Shown here: in pieces, positions 54,070 to 63,659 of the stretch | Position numbering within the stretch: the first letter of the stretch is position 1 | Layout of the letters: every line of letters starts with the position of its first letter | Source of the DNA: Candidatus Howiella intestinavium | Lineage (GTDB): Bacteria > Bacillota > Clostridia > Oscillospirales > Acutalibacteraceae | Length of the DNA: 64,000 bases | Assembly: GCA_904420585.1 (NCBI GenBank) | Contig: CAJFVX010000021.1 | Location: 19,319 to 83,318, forward strand | Reading direction: 5' to 3' | The notes under the pieces: generated by a model | The model's database searches: none | What the model saw: the letters and a program-made list of their open reading frames with translations, nothing else | What the model was told of the DNA's origin: nothing | Position numbers and translations under genes: made by a program

Positions 54070-54165
54070 GGTCCGCCTTAGGAAGCAGTTTACAGGCTTT
54101 GTCCTCTTTTGTGCAGAAGAGGCTGAGGCCTGTTTTTGCTGTGGAAAAGTCGGGTGAAAATGTGG

Positions 54166-54201
54166 AAAACGCGCCCCGGAGTCTTCCGGGGCGCGTTTGT
54201 T
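54166..54201. terminator. bidirectional rho-independent terminator
   Basis: aaaac-gcgccccgga-gtct-tccggggcgc-gtttgttt, between rpsT (+) and stop 54210 (-). Confidence 0.8.
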
Positions 54202-54209
54202 TATCCCTG

Positions 54210-55343
54210 CTATTCGGTTTTATCCTCCTTGTCCGGCTCCTCGGAAAGCTGGCCTTCTGCGGGCAGGGCGGCCTTTTTACCCCGCAGGACAAACCAGTAG
54301 AGGCAGAAGCCCCCGCCGGCGATGACCACTACAGCTGCGGCAATGCCCGCTGTGAGACCGGCGTTCCAGCCTCCTGTATCCGATGTGTCGGCGTTTGCAC
54401 CCAGGCCGCTGGATGTCCGGCTTTCCGGGTGGGATGAAACGTCGGATGTCTCCTCCACGGGGGCGGAGGTGTTTTCGGACGGGGCAGAAGAACTGATGCT
54501 GTCTGCTGCAGATGTGGTGGTGATGGTTCCGCCTGCCGGGATGCTTTCATCCACAGGGGCGTCGGATTCGGAATCAACGCTTTCGGGCTGGCTTTCGGAT
54601 GTCACACCGGTGCTGGTATCGGTTGAAGACGGCTCTTCCGGAGCGTTCCAGCCGATATATAAGGGGTTTTCCCAGGTGCAGCCGTCCGGGCTGACCTCGT
54701 CTATGGGGCCGTAGGCCTTGGGCGGTTGGGGCGGTTCTGTGTAAAATTCGCCTTCGGCTAAAGGATCGTGAAACTCTACAAAATAAGGTTCTCCCTTTTC
54801 CGCACGCAGGTACCCGTTTTCAAACTGCTGATAGAGGACGGGAATGCCATCTTCCATCCGCCAGTATTGGTTGGTGGTGGGCATACCTATGCCTTTGCTG
54901 TTTTTGCCTCCGCCCGTGGCAACATATTCCGCCGGTGCATCCCGCAGGATGAAGACCTCGCAGGTTTCCGGGTCGGCGCAGACGAGAGCCGCCCAGTTGT
55001 CAAATCGGAACGCATTGCGCGAAGAAGAATTTCCTCCGTCGAAGTCCTGTAAGAGCACATCCTTGCTTGTTTCGTATTGCAGCCTTTCGGTATAATGCAG
55101 CAGCTGGTCGGTGCTCTGGCCAAATTGAAAGCCGCCGTCCTCCGCTTCTTTGGCGTGGAGCTGCAAAGCCCACTCATAAGCCTTTTTGCAGTTTTGCTCC
55201 AACAGGGCCTCCTTACCCTGGAAGGCTTCGGGAAGTTCCCCGGTCACAATGCCAACATGGGACGGCACATCGGCCGCCCATGCGGTACAGGCCATGGTGC
55301 CGGCCAATACCGCAGACAAAGCAATCGTCCATGCTCTTTTCAT
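54210..55343 (-). CDS. surface protein, paralog family member B (N-module, acidic Ser/Thr linker, TM anchor)
   Basis: ATG 55343 after AGGAGGTG. Signal peptide ...CTAWAADVP. DNWAALVCADPET and PTTNQYWRMEDGIPVLYQQFENGYLRAEKG. TM FCLYWFVLRGKK. Confidence 0.85.
   Translation of the reverse strand: MKRAWTIALSAVLAGTMACTAWAADVPSHVGIVTGELPEAFQGKEALLEQNCKKAYEWALQLHAKEAEDGGFQFGQSTDQLLHYTERLQYETSKDVLLQDFDGGNSSSRNAFRFDNWAALVCADPETCEVFILRDAPAEYVATGGGKNSKGIGMPTTNQYWRMEDGIPVLYQQFENGYLRAEKGEPYFVEFHDPLAEGEFYTEPPQPPKAYGPIDEVSPDGCTWENPLYIGWNAPEEPSSTDTSTGVTSESQPESVDSESDAPVDESIPAGGTITTTSAADSISSSAPSENTSAPVEETSDVSSHPESRTSSGLGANADTSDTGGWNAGLTAGIAAAVVVIAGGGFCLYWFVLRGKKAALPAEGQLSEEPDKEDKTE
54798..54887 (-). repeat. 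90-nt block, 89/90 identical to 55729-55818
   Basis: ttccgcacgcaggtacccgttttcaaactgctgatagaggacgggaatgccatc[t/c]tccatccgccagtattggttggtggtgggcatacc occurs in both tandem paralogs. Flanking sequence is clearly more diverged. Confidence 0.9.
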
Positions 55344-55380
55344 ATCCGGTTGCACCTCCTTGTTCAGCGGCCGGGCGGCG

Positions 55381-56274
55381 TTAGGCGGCCCGCTGGGCCA
55401 GAATCCGGCAAAGGGCCATGACATCCCCTATGGAAATGGAATCATCCCCGTCCAGGTTCCCGCGGGACAACTGGTCTGCGTCGGGCTGGATATTGGTGTT
55501 TATGCAGGCCAGAATTTTGCACAGGGCCATCACGTCCTGGATGTCCACCCTGCCGTCCCCATTGACATCCCCGCGGAGAGAATCCAGATACAGGGGATTC
55601 TCCCAGGTGCAGCCGTCGGCGCTGACCTCGTCTATGGGGCCGTAGGCCGTGGGGGGCTGGGGCGGCTCCACATAAACTGTGCCTTCGGCTGTTTTGTTGT
55701 GGAATTCCGCAAACCAGGATTTGCCTTCTTCCGCACGCAGGTACCCGTTTTCAAACTGCTGATAGAGGACGGGAATGCCATCCTCCATCCGCCAGTATTG
55801 GTTGGTGGTGGGCATACCAGTTTGCAGATTGAGGGGGCCGCCGCCCAGAGAAAAGTATTCGGCCGGGGTATCCCGCAGGACGATGAATTCGCAGGTCTCC
55901 GGATCAACGCAGACAAGGGCGGCCCAGCTGCCGGTTCCAAAGGCGCCGGGGGCGGTGGAATTTCCGCCGGAAAAATCCTGGCAGAGAAGGACGTTTACGA
56001 CTTCCTCCATATCCATCCCGTACCAGGCATGGAGCAGTGTGCCGCTGCTTTCGCCAAACCGGAAGCTGCCGTCTTCCTCCTGGGCGTGAAGCTGCAAGGC
56101 CCATGCATAGGCTTTTTTGCAGTTTTGCTCCAGAATTGCCTCCTTACCCTGAAAGGCCGCAGGCATCTCACCCATAAAAACGCCTACATTGGCAGGCACA
56201 TCGGCCGCCCATGCGGTGCAGGCCATGCATACGGCCAATAGGGCCGACAGGACCGCTGTGGTAAGCTTTTTCAT
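55381..56274 (-). CDS. paralog family member C (same N-module fused directly to a dockerin)
   Basis: ATG 56274 after GAAGGAGGGG. Signal ...CTAWAADVP. GSWAALVCVDPET and PTTNQYWRMEDGIPVLYQQFENGYLRAEEG. Dockerin at 55384-55572 (GDVNGDGRVDIQDVMALCKILA / GNLDGDDSISIGDVMALCRILA). Confidence 0.85.
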   Translation of the reverse strand: MKKLTTAVLSALLAVCMACTAWAADVPANVGVFMGEMPAAFQGKEAILEQNCKKAYAWALQLHAQEEDGSFRFGESSGTLLHAWYGMDMEEVVNVLLCQDFSGGNSTAPGAFGTGSWAALVCVDPETCEFIVLRDTPAEYFSLGGGPLNLQTGMPTTNQYWRMEDGIPVLYQQFENGYLRAEEGKSWFAEFHNKTAEGTVYVEPPQPPTAYGPIDEVSADGCTWENPLYLDSLRGDVNGDGRVDIQDVMALCKILACINTNIQPDADQLSRGNLDGDDSISIGDVMALCRILAQRAA

Positions 56275-56411
56275 ATAGACCCCTCCTTCGGCGCCGGGGC
56301 GCTTCTGTCCCATACATTTCCCGCCCGCGGCTTTTTCTCTTACATCGGAAATGCTTACCTATAAATATGGTACTATATTATTAACAAAAAGTCTATATAT
56401 GTTTACAATTA

Positions 56412-57248
56412 TCACAAATTTATCCCCTGCTTTGCCGCCTCTTCCAACAGGAAACGGGCCACGCCGTCCCCGCCGTTGGGGCCGATGACCTGGTCGGCAG
56501 CCCGGAGGGCTTCGGGCTGGGCATTGGCCACGGCTACGCCCCGGTGGGCCATTGTGAGCATCTCCAGGTCGTTGAGGTTGTCCCCTATGGCCACAATGGT
56601 ATCAAAACCTTCCATGGCGGCCAGCCGGCGGATGCCCTGCCATTTGCCGGCCGTATGGCTGAAGGTCTCCAGGTAATAATACCGGCTGTCGTAGCTGTCG
56701 GGATAGCAGACGGCGGCAAGGCCGGGGATTTTCCCCACCGCCTCGTACAGGGGCAGGATGACCTCCGGCCGGTCGATGCCGTTGATATAGACCGTACGGT
56801 CGCCTATGACATAATCCGGCGCCTGCCGGAAGCTGTGATAGCGGGATTTCCGCTCGGCCGCGAAATTTTCCTCATAGGCATGGAGCAGCCGGGTATAGAC
56901 CACGTCGATGCCCGCCCCCGCAGGGCAGGTGTAGACAAAGGGCGGCCGTCCATGGGCCAAAAAGGTATCCACCGTGCGGCGGGCCGTTTCGGCCGGGATA
57001 TAGGCCACGGCCGCGTGCCTTTCGGTGGCGATGTCGGTCAGGAATACCCCGTTCATCATCACGCAGGGCAGCCGAAGCCGCAGGCCGGCCAGGATGGGCC
57101 GGGCCGAGGCCACCGAGCGGGCGGTGGCCAGGGTAAAGGGGAAGCCCTTCTCCACCAGCCGGTTGATGGTATCCCGGGAAAAGGGTGAGAGTTTCCCATC
57201 CGGCCCCAGCAGGGTGCCGTCCAGGTCGGATGCGTATAAGGTCGCCAT
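56412..57248 (-). CDS. Cof-type HAD-IIB phosphatase
   Basis: LYASDLDGTLL, TLATARS and IVAIGDNLNDLEML motifs. Confidence 0.88.
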   Translation of the reverse strand: MATLYASDLDGTLLGPDGKLSPFSRDTINRLVEKGFPFTLATARSVASARPILAGLRLRLPCVMMNGVFLTDIATERHAAVAYIPAETARRTVDTFLAHGRPPFVYTCPAGAGIDVVYTRLLHAYEENFAAERKSRYHSFRQAPDYVIGDRTVYINGIDRPEVILPLYEAVGKIPGLAAVCYPDSYDSRYYYLETFSHTAGKWQGIRRLAAMEGFDTIVAIGDNLNDLEMLTMAHRGVAVANAQPEALRAADQVIGPNGGDGVARFLLEEAAKQGINL

Positions 57249-57250
57249 GC

Positions 57251-57448
57251 TTATTCCTCCTTTGCTGGTACGGGGGACCGGAACTGCCGAAAGAAGGCCG
57301 GCCGAAAGGCCGAGCCGGACGATATTGCCCCCGCCGCCAGCCAGACAAGGCCGGTGATAAGCAGCAGGAAGGCCTTGGGGATGTGATAAAACCCGTATTT
57401 GGGATGCGCATATCCGCCTTCAGGGCATGATGCAATCTTTATGTTCAT
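57251..57448 (-). CDS. possible small membrane protein (65 aa)
   Basis: ATG 57448. One hydrophobic segment (AFLLLITGLVWLAAGAI). The stop abuts the Cof start. The RBS is weak and support is thin. Confidence 0.3.
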   Translation of the reverse strand: MNIKIASCPEGGYAHPKYGFYHIPKAFLLLITGLVWLAAGAISSGSAFRPAFFRQFRSPVPAKEE

Positions 57449-57566
57449 GGTATCATCGCCCCCATGCCCTGTCAAGGGCGGCGGGGCCCGCCGGAAATTT
57501 TCGTCCCGCCGGATAGCCGCCGCCGGCCGTTGGCATACTACCAAAAGAATGGAAGGAGGAAAAAGC

Positions 57567-58454
57567 ATGCAGCTGCGTACAGATTTGGCACTGGAGCAGA
57601 AGGAAATGCTGGAGGAGGACCGCCGGACGCCGGAAGGGGTGGAAAGCGATGAAATCCAGATGGGGCAGGTGCGGGTAACCCGCATCCGGGTACGCAACGA
57701 GGCGGGGGAGCGGGCCCTGGGACGCAAACAGGGGACCTATGTCACCGTGGAGGTCCCCCCCTTCACCGACGACGCCGGCCTGGACGAGAATGCCCTGGCC
57801 GCCGTCCGGCGGGAGCTGGCCGCCCTGCTGCCCGAAGAAGGGACGGTGCTGGTGGCCGGCCTGGGCAATACCCGCATTACCCCCGACGCCCTGGGGCCCA
57901 AGGCGGCCGGCCGGGTGCTGGCTACGAGGCACATCGCCGGGGAGGTGGCCCGGGCGGCCGGGCTGGGGAACTTAAGGCCGGTGGCCGTGCTGGCCCCTGG
58001 GGTGCTGGGGCAGACCGGCATCGAGACGGCCGAAATCCTGGCCGGCTCGGTGGAGCGCATCCGGCCGGCGGCGGTGGTGGTGGTGGACGCCCTGGCCTCC
58101 CGCCGGCTGGCCCGGCTGGGCTGTACGGTGCAGATATCGGATACAGGCATCGCCCCCGGCGCCGGGGTGGGCAACCGGCGGCAGGAGATAAGCCGGGATA
58201 CCCTGGGGGTGCCGGTGGTGTCCATGGGGGTGCCCACGGTGGTGGACGCGGGCACCCTGGCCTGGGACCTGCTGGGCGGCCGGTCTCCCGAGGACGCCGA
58301 ACTCACCAATCCCAGGGGGGCCGGGATGATTGTCACCCCCCGGGAAATCGACCTGCTTATCGACCGGGCGGCCCAGCTGGTGGCCCAGGCCATCAACTGC
58401 GCCCTGCAGCCCGGGCTGGACAGCGAAACCCTCCTTTCCCTGACCGAAGACTAG
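57567..58454 (+). CDS. gpr: germination protease (GPR endopeptidase)
   Basis: ATG after GGAAGGAGGA. MQLRTDLALE, VAGLGNTRITPDALGP, VVVDALASR, ISDTGIAPGAGVGN. Confidence 0.95.
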   Translation: MQLRTDLALEQKEMLEEDRRTPEGVESDEIQMGQVRVTRIRVRNEAGERALGRKQGTYVTVEVPPFTDDAGLDENALAAVRRELAALLPEEGTVLVAGLGNTRITPDALGPKAAGRVLATRHIAGEVARAAGLGNLRPVAVLAPGVLGQTGIETAEILAGSVERIRPAAVVVVDALASRRLARLGCTVQISDTGIAPGAGVGNRRQEISRDTLGVPVVSMGVPTVVDAGTLAWDLLGGRSPEDAELTNPRGAGMIVTPREIDLLIDRAAQLVAQAINCALQPGLDSETLLSLTED

Positions 58455-58524
58455 GCCGGGGAGTACTGCCGGCCCCCGCCGCCGCATATATTTATGTGAG
58501 ATAAGCGGGAAAGGGGGCTGGGCC

Positions 58525-59604
58525 ATGCGATTGTTCCGGCGGGCGGCGGCGCTGTTTTTATGTGTCTGCGTCATATGCTTTATCGCCCGCAGCGGCCTTC
58601 TGGATAAGCTGGGAAAGGGGGATACGGCGGTGGGGGCCGCCTATTTCTCGGCCATGCTGGCCATGCCGGAGGGGGCTGCGGCGGGGGCCGCGGCCGCCGA
58701 TGGGGAGGAGGATGAGGAGCCCTATATCCCCGACCCCCAGATTGTGGAGGCGCCGGTGCTGTCCTCCCGTGTTTCGGCGGCCTCTCAGCCCTCCGCGGCC
58801 GACCCGGCCGACACGGTGGGAAAAATCCTGCCCAAGTTCATCTCCCCCTATACGGCGGGGCTGCACTGGAATAAAATCTATATCCGGAACATGACCTCCA
58901 AGGAAATCGATTTGGAGGCTGAAATGGCCCAGCCCTTAAGCTGGGCCCCCGCCATAACCGGCGAGCCGGAGGTGCTGATTCTCCATACCCACGCCACCGA
59001 AAGCTACATGCCGGAGGACCGGGACTTCTACACCGCCGACGACCCCACCCACTCGGAGGACGATTCCCAAAACGTCGTACGGGTGGGGGAGGCCATCGCC
59101 CAGCAGCTGACGGCGGCGGGCATCGGGGTCATCCACGACAAGACCCTCCACGACAAGGCGTCCTACACCGGCAGCTACGGCCGCTCGGCCGAGACGGCCG
59201 CCCGGTATCTGGAGGAATACCCCTCCATCAAGGTCATTCTGGACGTGCACCGGGATTCGGTCTCCAGCGGGGAGAAGGACAAGGTCAAGCCGGTGGTGGA
59301 GGTGGACGGCCGGCAGGCCGCCCAGATTATGCTGGTGGTGGGGTGCGAGGACGGCAAGGTCACCGATTTCCCCAACTGGCGGGAAAACTTCCGGCTGGCC
59401 ATCCGCATGCAGCAGACCTGCGAGGAGCTCTATCCCGGCCTGGCGCGGCCCATGTACTTTGCCCCCAAGAAATACAACCAGAACCTGTCCCCCGGCTCCA
59501 TGCTCTTTGAAATGGGGACCGAGGCCAACACCCTGGAGGAGGCCGTATACGCCGGTGAACTGGCCGGCAAGGCCCTGGCCCAGGTGCTGCTGGATTTAAA
59601 ATAG
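58525..59604 (+). CDS. spoIIP: stage II sporulation protein P
   Basis: N-terminal TM. VLILHTHATESY and VILDVHRDS motifs. Located downstream of gpr. Confidence 0.9.
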   Translation: MRLFRRAAALFLCVCVICFIARSGLLDKLGKGDTAVGAAYFSAMLAMPEGAAAGAAAADGEEDEEPYIPDPQIVEAPVLSSRVSAASQPSAADPADTVGKILPKFISPYTAGLHWNKIYIRNMTSKEIDLEAEMAQPLSWAPAITGEPEVLILHTHATESYMPEDRDFYTADDPTHSEDDSQNVVRVGEAIAQQLTAAGIGVIHDKTLHDKASYTGSYGRSAETAARYLEEYPSIKVILDVHRDSVSSGEKDKVKPVVEVDGRQAAQIMLVVGCEDGKVTDFPNWRENFRLAIRMQQTCEELYPGLARPMYFAPKKYNQNLSPGSMLFEMGTEANTLEEAVYAGELAGKALAQVLLDLK

Positions 59605-59625
59605 AAAGGCGCGCATAAAAAGGAC

Positions 59626-60261
59626 ATGAACAAAACGCAGGAAGAGAAAAAAGAGGCGCGGTACTGCCGGGCGGTGTCCCGGCAGGTGGATAAGGCCCTG
59701 AAAAGCCGGCAGAAGGCGGGCGCCGCCGACGCCCGCCGCCGGACCCGCCTGGCCCGGCAGCAGGCCATTCGGCGGGAAAGGGAGGAGGAACGCAAGGCCC
59801 GCATCCGGCAGAGAGCGGCCGCCAGAAGGGCCTGGAACATCAAAAAGGGCCGGCCGCTGCCGCTGGAGGCCCCGGTCTGGCTGACCCGTCCCGCGGCAGG
59901 CCGGCGGCCGGATTCCCTGCGGGACCTTTTGTCCCGGAAGGAGGCCCGGGCCGGCTTTTTGCGGGCCTTCTGGCTGACGGCCCTTTTTATCGGCTGTCCT
60001 GTATTGGCCCTCCTGGGCATGGGGGAGGCCTATACGGCCGTGCGGGCCAACGGCTTTGCGGAGGATGTGCCGGCCCTGGCCCTTGCCCCGTCGGAGGGCG
60101 GCCTGCGTCTGTTTGATTTTTTCATCCAGCCGGACGCCCTGCCCGGGCCGGCCCGGTGGTTCCTGCAGGCCCTTATACAGCTCAGCGGGCCGGCCCTGCG
60201 GCTGCTTTGGCAGTTTTTTACCCTGCTGCCCAGGGTTGTCCTGGGACTTTTGCAGCTGTAG
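59626..60261 (+). CDS. hypothetical protein, Arg-rich N-terminus plus hydrophobic C-terminal half
   Basis: 211-aa ORF 21 nt after spoIIP. Coiled, highly basic first 100 aa, then 2-3 hydrophobic segments. No family recognised. Confidence 0.5.
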   Translation: MNKTQEEKKEARYCRAVSRQVDKALKSRQKAGAADARRRTRLARQQAIRREREEERKARIRQRAAARRAWNIKKGRPLPLEAPVWLTRPAAGRRPDSLRDLLSRKEARAGFLRAFWLTALFIGCPVLALLGMGEAYTAVRANGFAEDVPALALAPSEGGLRLFDFFIQPDALPGPARWFLQALIQLSGPALRLLWQFFTLLPRVVLGLLQL

Positions 60262-60265
60262 GTGC

Positions 60266-60301
60266 AGAAAAAGAGCACCCCAAGGATAACCTTGGGGTGC
60301 T
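60266..60301 (-). terminator. rho-independent terminator of the ABC-2/GldG/DUF4340 operon (hairpin shared with the + strand)
   Basis: agcaccccaagg-ataa-ccttggggtgct. On the minus strand it is followed by cTTTTTc. Confidence 0.75.
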
Positions 60302-60318
60302 GGGCATACATATGGGTT

Positions 60319-62049
60319 TTACGGGGTGGGGATGGCTTCCCCGGCGTAGATGGACTGGTCGTAGGAAATCAGCTGATCCACCGTGTTGACGGCCGCATAC
60401 CCCAGAGGAGAACCGTTTACCGCCACATGATACCGGCGGTCGGAACTGGGGGTGAAGGTCAGGACAAGCTCCGGCCGGGCGTCGTCCATGTAGTGGACGG
60501 TGATGACCAGGGCGGGTTCCACGCCTTCTGCCGCCGGCTCCAGGGTAAAGTCGGAGGCCGGGCAGCGGAGGATATACTGATAGAAGTTGCGGAAATCCTC
60601 GGTGTTGATGACCTTATCGTCGCAGACCACATCCAGGGTGGCCGCATCGTTCTCATCCGTGCCGTGGGTGAAATTGTAGACATGGTCGCTGCCGGGCGTC
60701 TTCATCTCCAGCCACTTGACCGAGGTGATATCGTCCATGAAGAGGACCGAACTGAAGTAGCCCTCCGGCCCGTAATCCACAAAGGGCAGGACGCTGGTCT
60801 GGACCTTATAGATAACCGGCCGGTCGTCCACCATGACGGGGTAGTAGCCGTCCTCGGTGGCGTTGCCGATTTTCAGGGTCATCTCGGTGCGGCCCACCTT
60901 GTAGGAGATAACCGTGCCCGGGTTGTCCAGGCCGTAGGCGGCCAGCTGCTCGGCGGTGGGATTGAAAGCATAGCCCCCGTCGGCAGTGAGACCGTTGGAA
61001 ATGACGTGGAACACGTCGTCAAAGACATCCCCCATGACATTCTGGGTCACCGGCGCGGTCATCAGATAGGGGACAAGGGAGGTGTCCGCATAGGGGTTGG
61101 GGACAAACTCCATGGTTTGGGCATGATTCCGGCCGGAGATGGTGATGCGGTCGAAGGAGGCCAGGGCGCCGTCCTCGTCAAAGTAGGAACTGTTGTCCTC
61201 GGTCTGGGTTACCGACAGCACCATGTTAATATTGGTAAAGGCGGTTTTGCCCCGGTTGAACAGGTCCCGGACATAGGTGGAGGCCAGGTAAATCTGGGAA
61301 CTGTTTGACAGCTTCAGATAGGTGCCGTCGCCGTTGGGGGCGTCGTCGCCGAAATAGAGTATAAAGCTGTCGGCCTCGTCCTTGGCGGTGACGGTGACGG
61401 TGATGCGGGGGGTATCCAGGCCGTAGGCGGCCAGGTCGGTATCCTCGCCGATGAGGCGCATGGCCTGCACGCCGGCCGCATTGTCGGCAAATACGCCCAC
61501 CGAGTAGGTGTCCACATACTCGTCGGACACCCCTTCAATATGCCAGGTCAGGTTATCCGTATCGCCGCTGGCCGTACTGGTCTCGGCGCCCTCGTCCTCG
61601 GTGGGATACACCGCGTAGGCGCCGCTGTCATTGGCAAGGTCGATGCGGGTGATGTCCGAAGCGGACATGGAAACCAGCTGGATGACGGTGGAGGAACTGC
61701 TGGAAGCGGTTTCCTCCTCGGGGGCGGGGACAAAGATGTAGATGGACAGGACGGCCCCGGCCAGCACGCACAGCACAACCAGGGCGGCCACGATATTGCG
61801 CACCATGTGGCTGCCGCCTTTTTTGGGCGGCTTTTTGGCCTGGCCGGTCTGCTGCGGCTTGGTAAAGATGGTGGATTCGGCCGATGCGGCCGCCTCGTCG
61901 GCGGTGGTGCGGGGCTGTTCGGAGGCTTCTTTGGAAGCCGCCTCTGCCGTCTCTGCCGCCTCCTCCGGCGTGGCCGGTTCCTCGGCCGGCGCAGCCTCGG
62001 TATCCAGGGCGGCCGGCTGGTTTATGTCTTTCTCGGGGAATTCGCTCAT
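60319..62049 (-). CDS. DUF4340-like membrane-anchored protein
   Basis: ATGA overlap with the GldG-like gene. Acidic N-terminus, one TM, and a large ectodomain. The position after the GldG-like gene is typical of DUF4340. Confidence 0.6.
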   Translation of the reverse strand: MSEFPEKDINQPAALDTEAAPAEEPATPEEAAETAEAASKEASEQPRTTADEAAASAESTIFTKPQQTGQAKKPPKKGGSHMVRNIVAALVVLCVLAGAVLSIYIFVPAPEEETASSSSSTVIQLVSMSASDITRIDLANDSGAYAVYPTEDEGAETSTASGDTDNLTWHIEGVSDEYVDTYSVGVFADNAAGVQAMRLIGEDTDLAAYGLDTPRITVTVTAKDEADSFILYFGDDAPNGDGTYLKLSNSSQIYLASTYVRDLFNRGKTAFTNINMVLSVTQTEDNSSYFDEDGALASFDRITISGRNHAQTMEFVPNPYADTSLVPYLMTAPVTQNVMGDVFDDVFHVISNGLTADGGYAFNPTAEQLAAYGLDNPGTVISYKVGRTEMTLKIGNATEDGYYPVMVDDRPVIYKVQTSVLPFVDYGPEGYFSSVLFMDDITSVKWLEMKTPGSDHVYNFTHGTDENDAATLDVVCDDKVINTEDFRNFYQYILRCPASDFTLEPAAEGVEPALVITVHYMDDARPELVLTFTPSSDRRYHVAVNGSPLGYAAVNTVDQLISYDQSIYAGEAIPTP

Positions 62050-63641
62050 CTTCTTCTCCTCCAGACCCAGATAATGACGCCGGTCGCAAGGACGGCAACG
62101 GGCAGGACAATCATAAAGAGGATGACCATGAACCGGGACAGCCCGGAATCCTGGGTAAAGGTCAGGGTATTGATCGTCCTGGTAGAGATGGTGATGTCAT
62201 CGGCATCCCGTCCCATCACCGTGTTCACCGCCGAAAGGACAAGCTCGTTGTTGCCCACGGTGGGATAGCTGTTCCACGCCTCGCCAATAAAATCGATGCT
62301 GGAGAAGGCAATGACATAGCTGTTCCGCTCGGCCATATTTTCGGCGTAAATGGTATCCTTGGAGACAATGCCCGCTGCGTAGGTGCCTTTGGTGGCGTTA
62401 TCGGGATTAAACTCGTCCCCCACGCCGGCCGGCCGGACCACGACGGTGTCGTTGGTAGCTATAAGCTGGGTGGTGGTACGGTTGCCCTGGGAATCAAAGC
62501 CCACGGTCATGGGCAGGCAGTCCTGGCCTACATACTCATAAGTGGTATCATTGACCGAAGCGGTGTAATCGCTCTGGCTGTTCTGCAGCATCATGGCGGT
62601 TTCGCTGCCCGAATACGAATCGGTCTCGTACAGGGTGCCGGCGGAGGCGTGGATGCCCCATTCGTCCAGGAAGTCATAGAAGTTAGGCAGGTCGGGAGAG
62701 GCGGCGCTGCCGAAGAAGAGAAGGGTTTTCCCCCGCTGGCCGTCGTTTTCCAAAAAGGCGTCCAGCTTGGCCAGTTCTTCCCCCGAATAATCGCTGGTGG
62801 GAGCGGTGATGAGCACGATGTCGGTCTCCTCGGGGATATCCTCATTTATCAGGTTGTCCAGGGTGGAGAAGGCGTAATTGTTGTGCTCCATCATGGTCTG
62901 CAGGGCGGTAATATCCTCCTCGCTGGAATGGCCGGCGATAAACAGCACCTGGGTGGTCTCGTCGGAGGTGACGCTGTAAATGGCCGAGGTCAGTTCGGTT
63001 TCCAGGTTGGAGCCGGTGATGTAATAATAGACATACCTCCCATATGGGTCCAGAGGAACGGATTCCAGCTGGAACATATCGTCCAGGGCGATGACCCGGT
63101 TGCGCTCCACCATCTGACCGTCTACTTCAAAGGTGCTTTCCACCAGGATGTAGCCGTAGCCTATCTGCTGGTCGGAGAAGCGCTGCTGGATGTCGGTAAA
63201 GGCGGGCAGCTGGGGGTCGGAGTACTGCAGGGTGATATTGCTGTTATACTGGGTGTATTCCCGCAGCATGGCGTCCACCTGCTGGAGATACCGGCCGCCG
63301 GTGGAGTCGATAACGTTTTGCTGGTCGTACAGATACTGGGCGGTGCTGGCCGCATTGGTGACGTCGTAGTCCCCTTCCCCCACACAGAGGGTGATGGTGA
63401 CGGGATGGGCCACCTCCCGGATGTAGTCGATATTCTTATCGGAAATGGAGTAATCCTGGTTGGCGGTCAAATCCAGATCCACGGGGAAACGGTTGACCAC
63501 CATGGTGGCCAGGATGTTGATCACCAGGGCCACTACAATGACGATCACCGTAATCAGGACGGCATAGCTGCCATGCCGCAGAGTTTTGAAATTCTTGATT
63601 TTTGTGTCCTTGCCTTCGGCTTTGTTTTCTATGCGCTTCAT
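62046..63641 (-). CDS. GldG-family ABC-transport auxiliary protein
   Basis: N- and C-terminal TMs flank a large ectodomain (RFPVDLDLTANQDYSIS...). It lies between an ABC-2 permease and the DUF4340-like gene. Confidence 0.7.
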   Translation of the reverse strand: MKRIENKAEGKDTKIKNFKTLRHGSYAVLITVIVIVVALVINILATMVVNRFPVDLDLTANQDYSISDKNIDYIREVAHPVTITLCVGEGDYDVTNAASTAQYLYDQQNVIDSTGGRYLQQVDAMLREYTQYNSNITLQYSDPQLPAFTDIQQRFSDQQIGYGYILVESTFEVDGQMVERNRVIALDDMFQLESVPLDPYGRYVYYYITGSNLETELTSAIYSVTSDETTQVLFIAGHSSEEDITALQTMMEHNNYAFSTLDNLINEDIPEETDIVLITAPTSDYSGEELAKLDAFLENDGQRGKTLLFFGSAASPDLPNFYDFLDEWGIHASAGTLYETDSYSGSETAMMLQNSQSDYTASVNDTTYEYVGQDCLPMTVGFDSQGNRTTTQLIATNDTVVVRPAGVGDEFNPDNATKGTYAAGIVSKDTIYAENMAERNSYVIAFSSIDFIGEAWNSYPTVGNNELVLSAVNTVMGRDADDITISTRTINTLTFTQDSGLSRFMVILFMIVLPVAVLATGVIIWVWRRRR

Positions 63642-63659
63642 ATTTCTCAGCTCCCTCCT

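Noticed and set aside
57449-57727. Upper part of minus-strand ORF 57251-57727
   Set aside because: It overlaps the gpr start and RBS region in antisense. Only the last 65 codons (from ATG 57448) have any gene-like feature, and even that call is weak.
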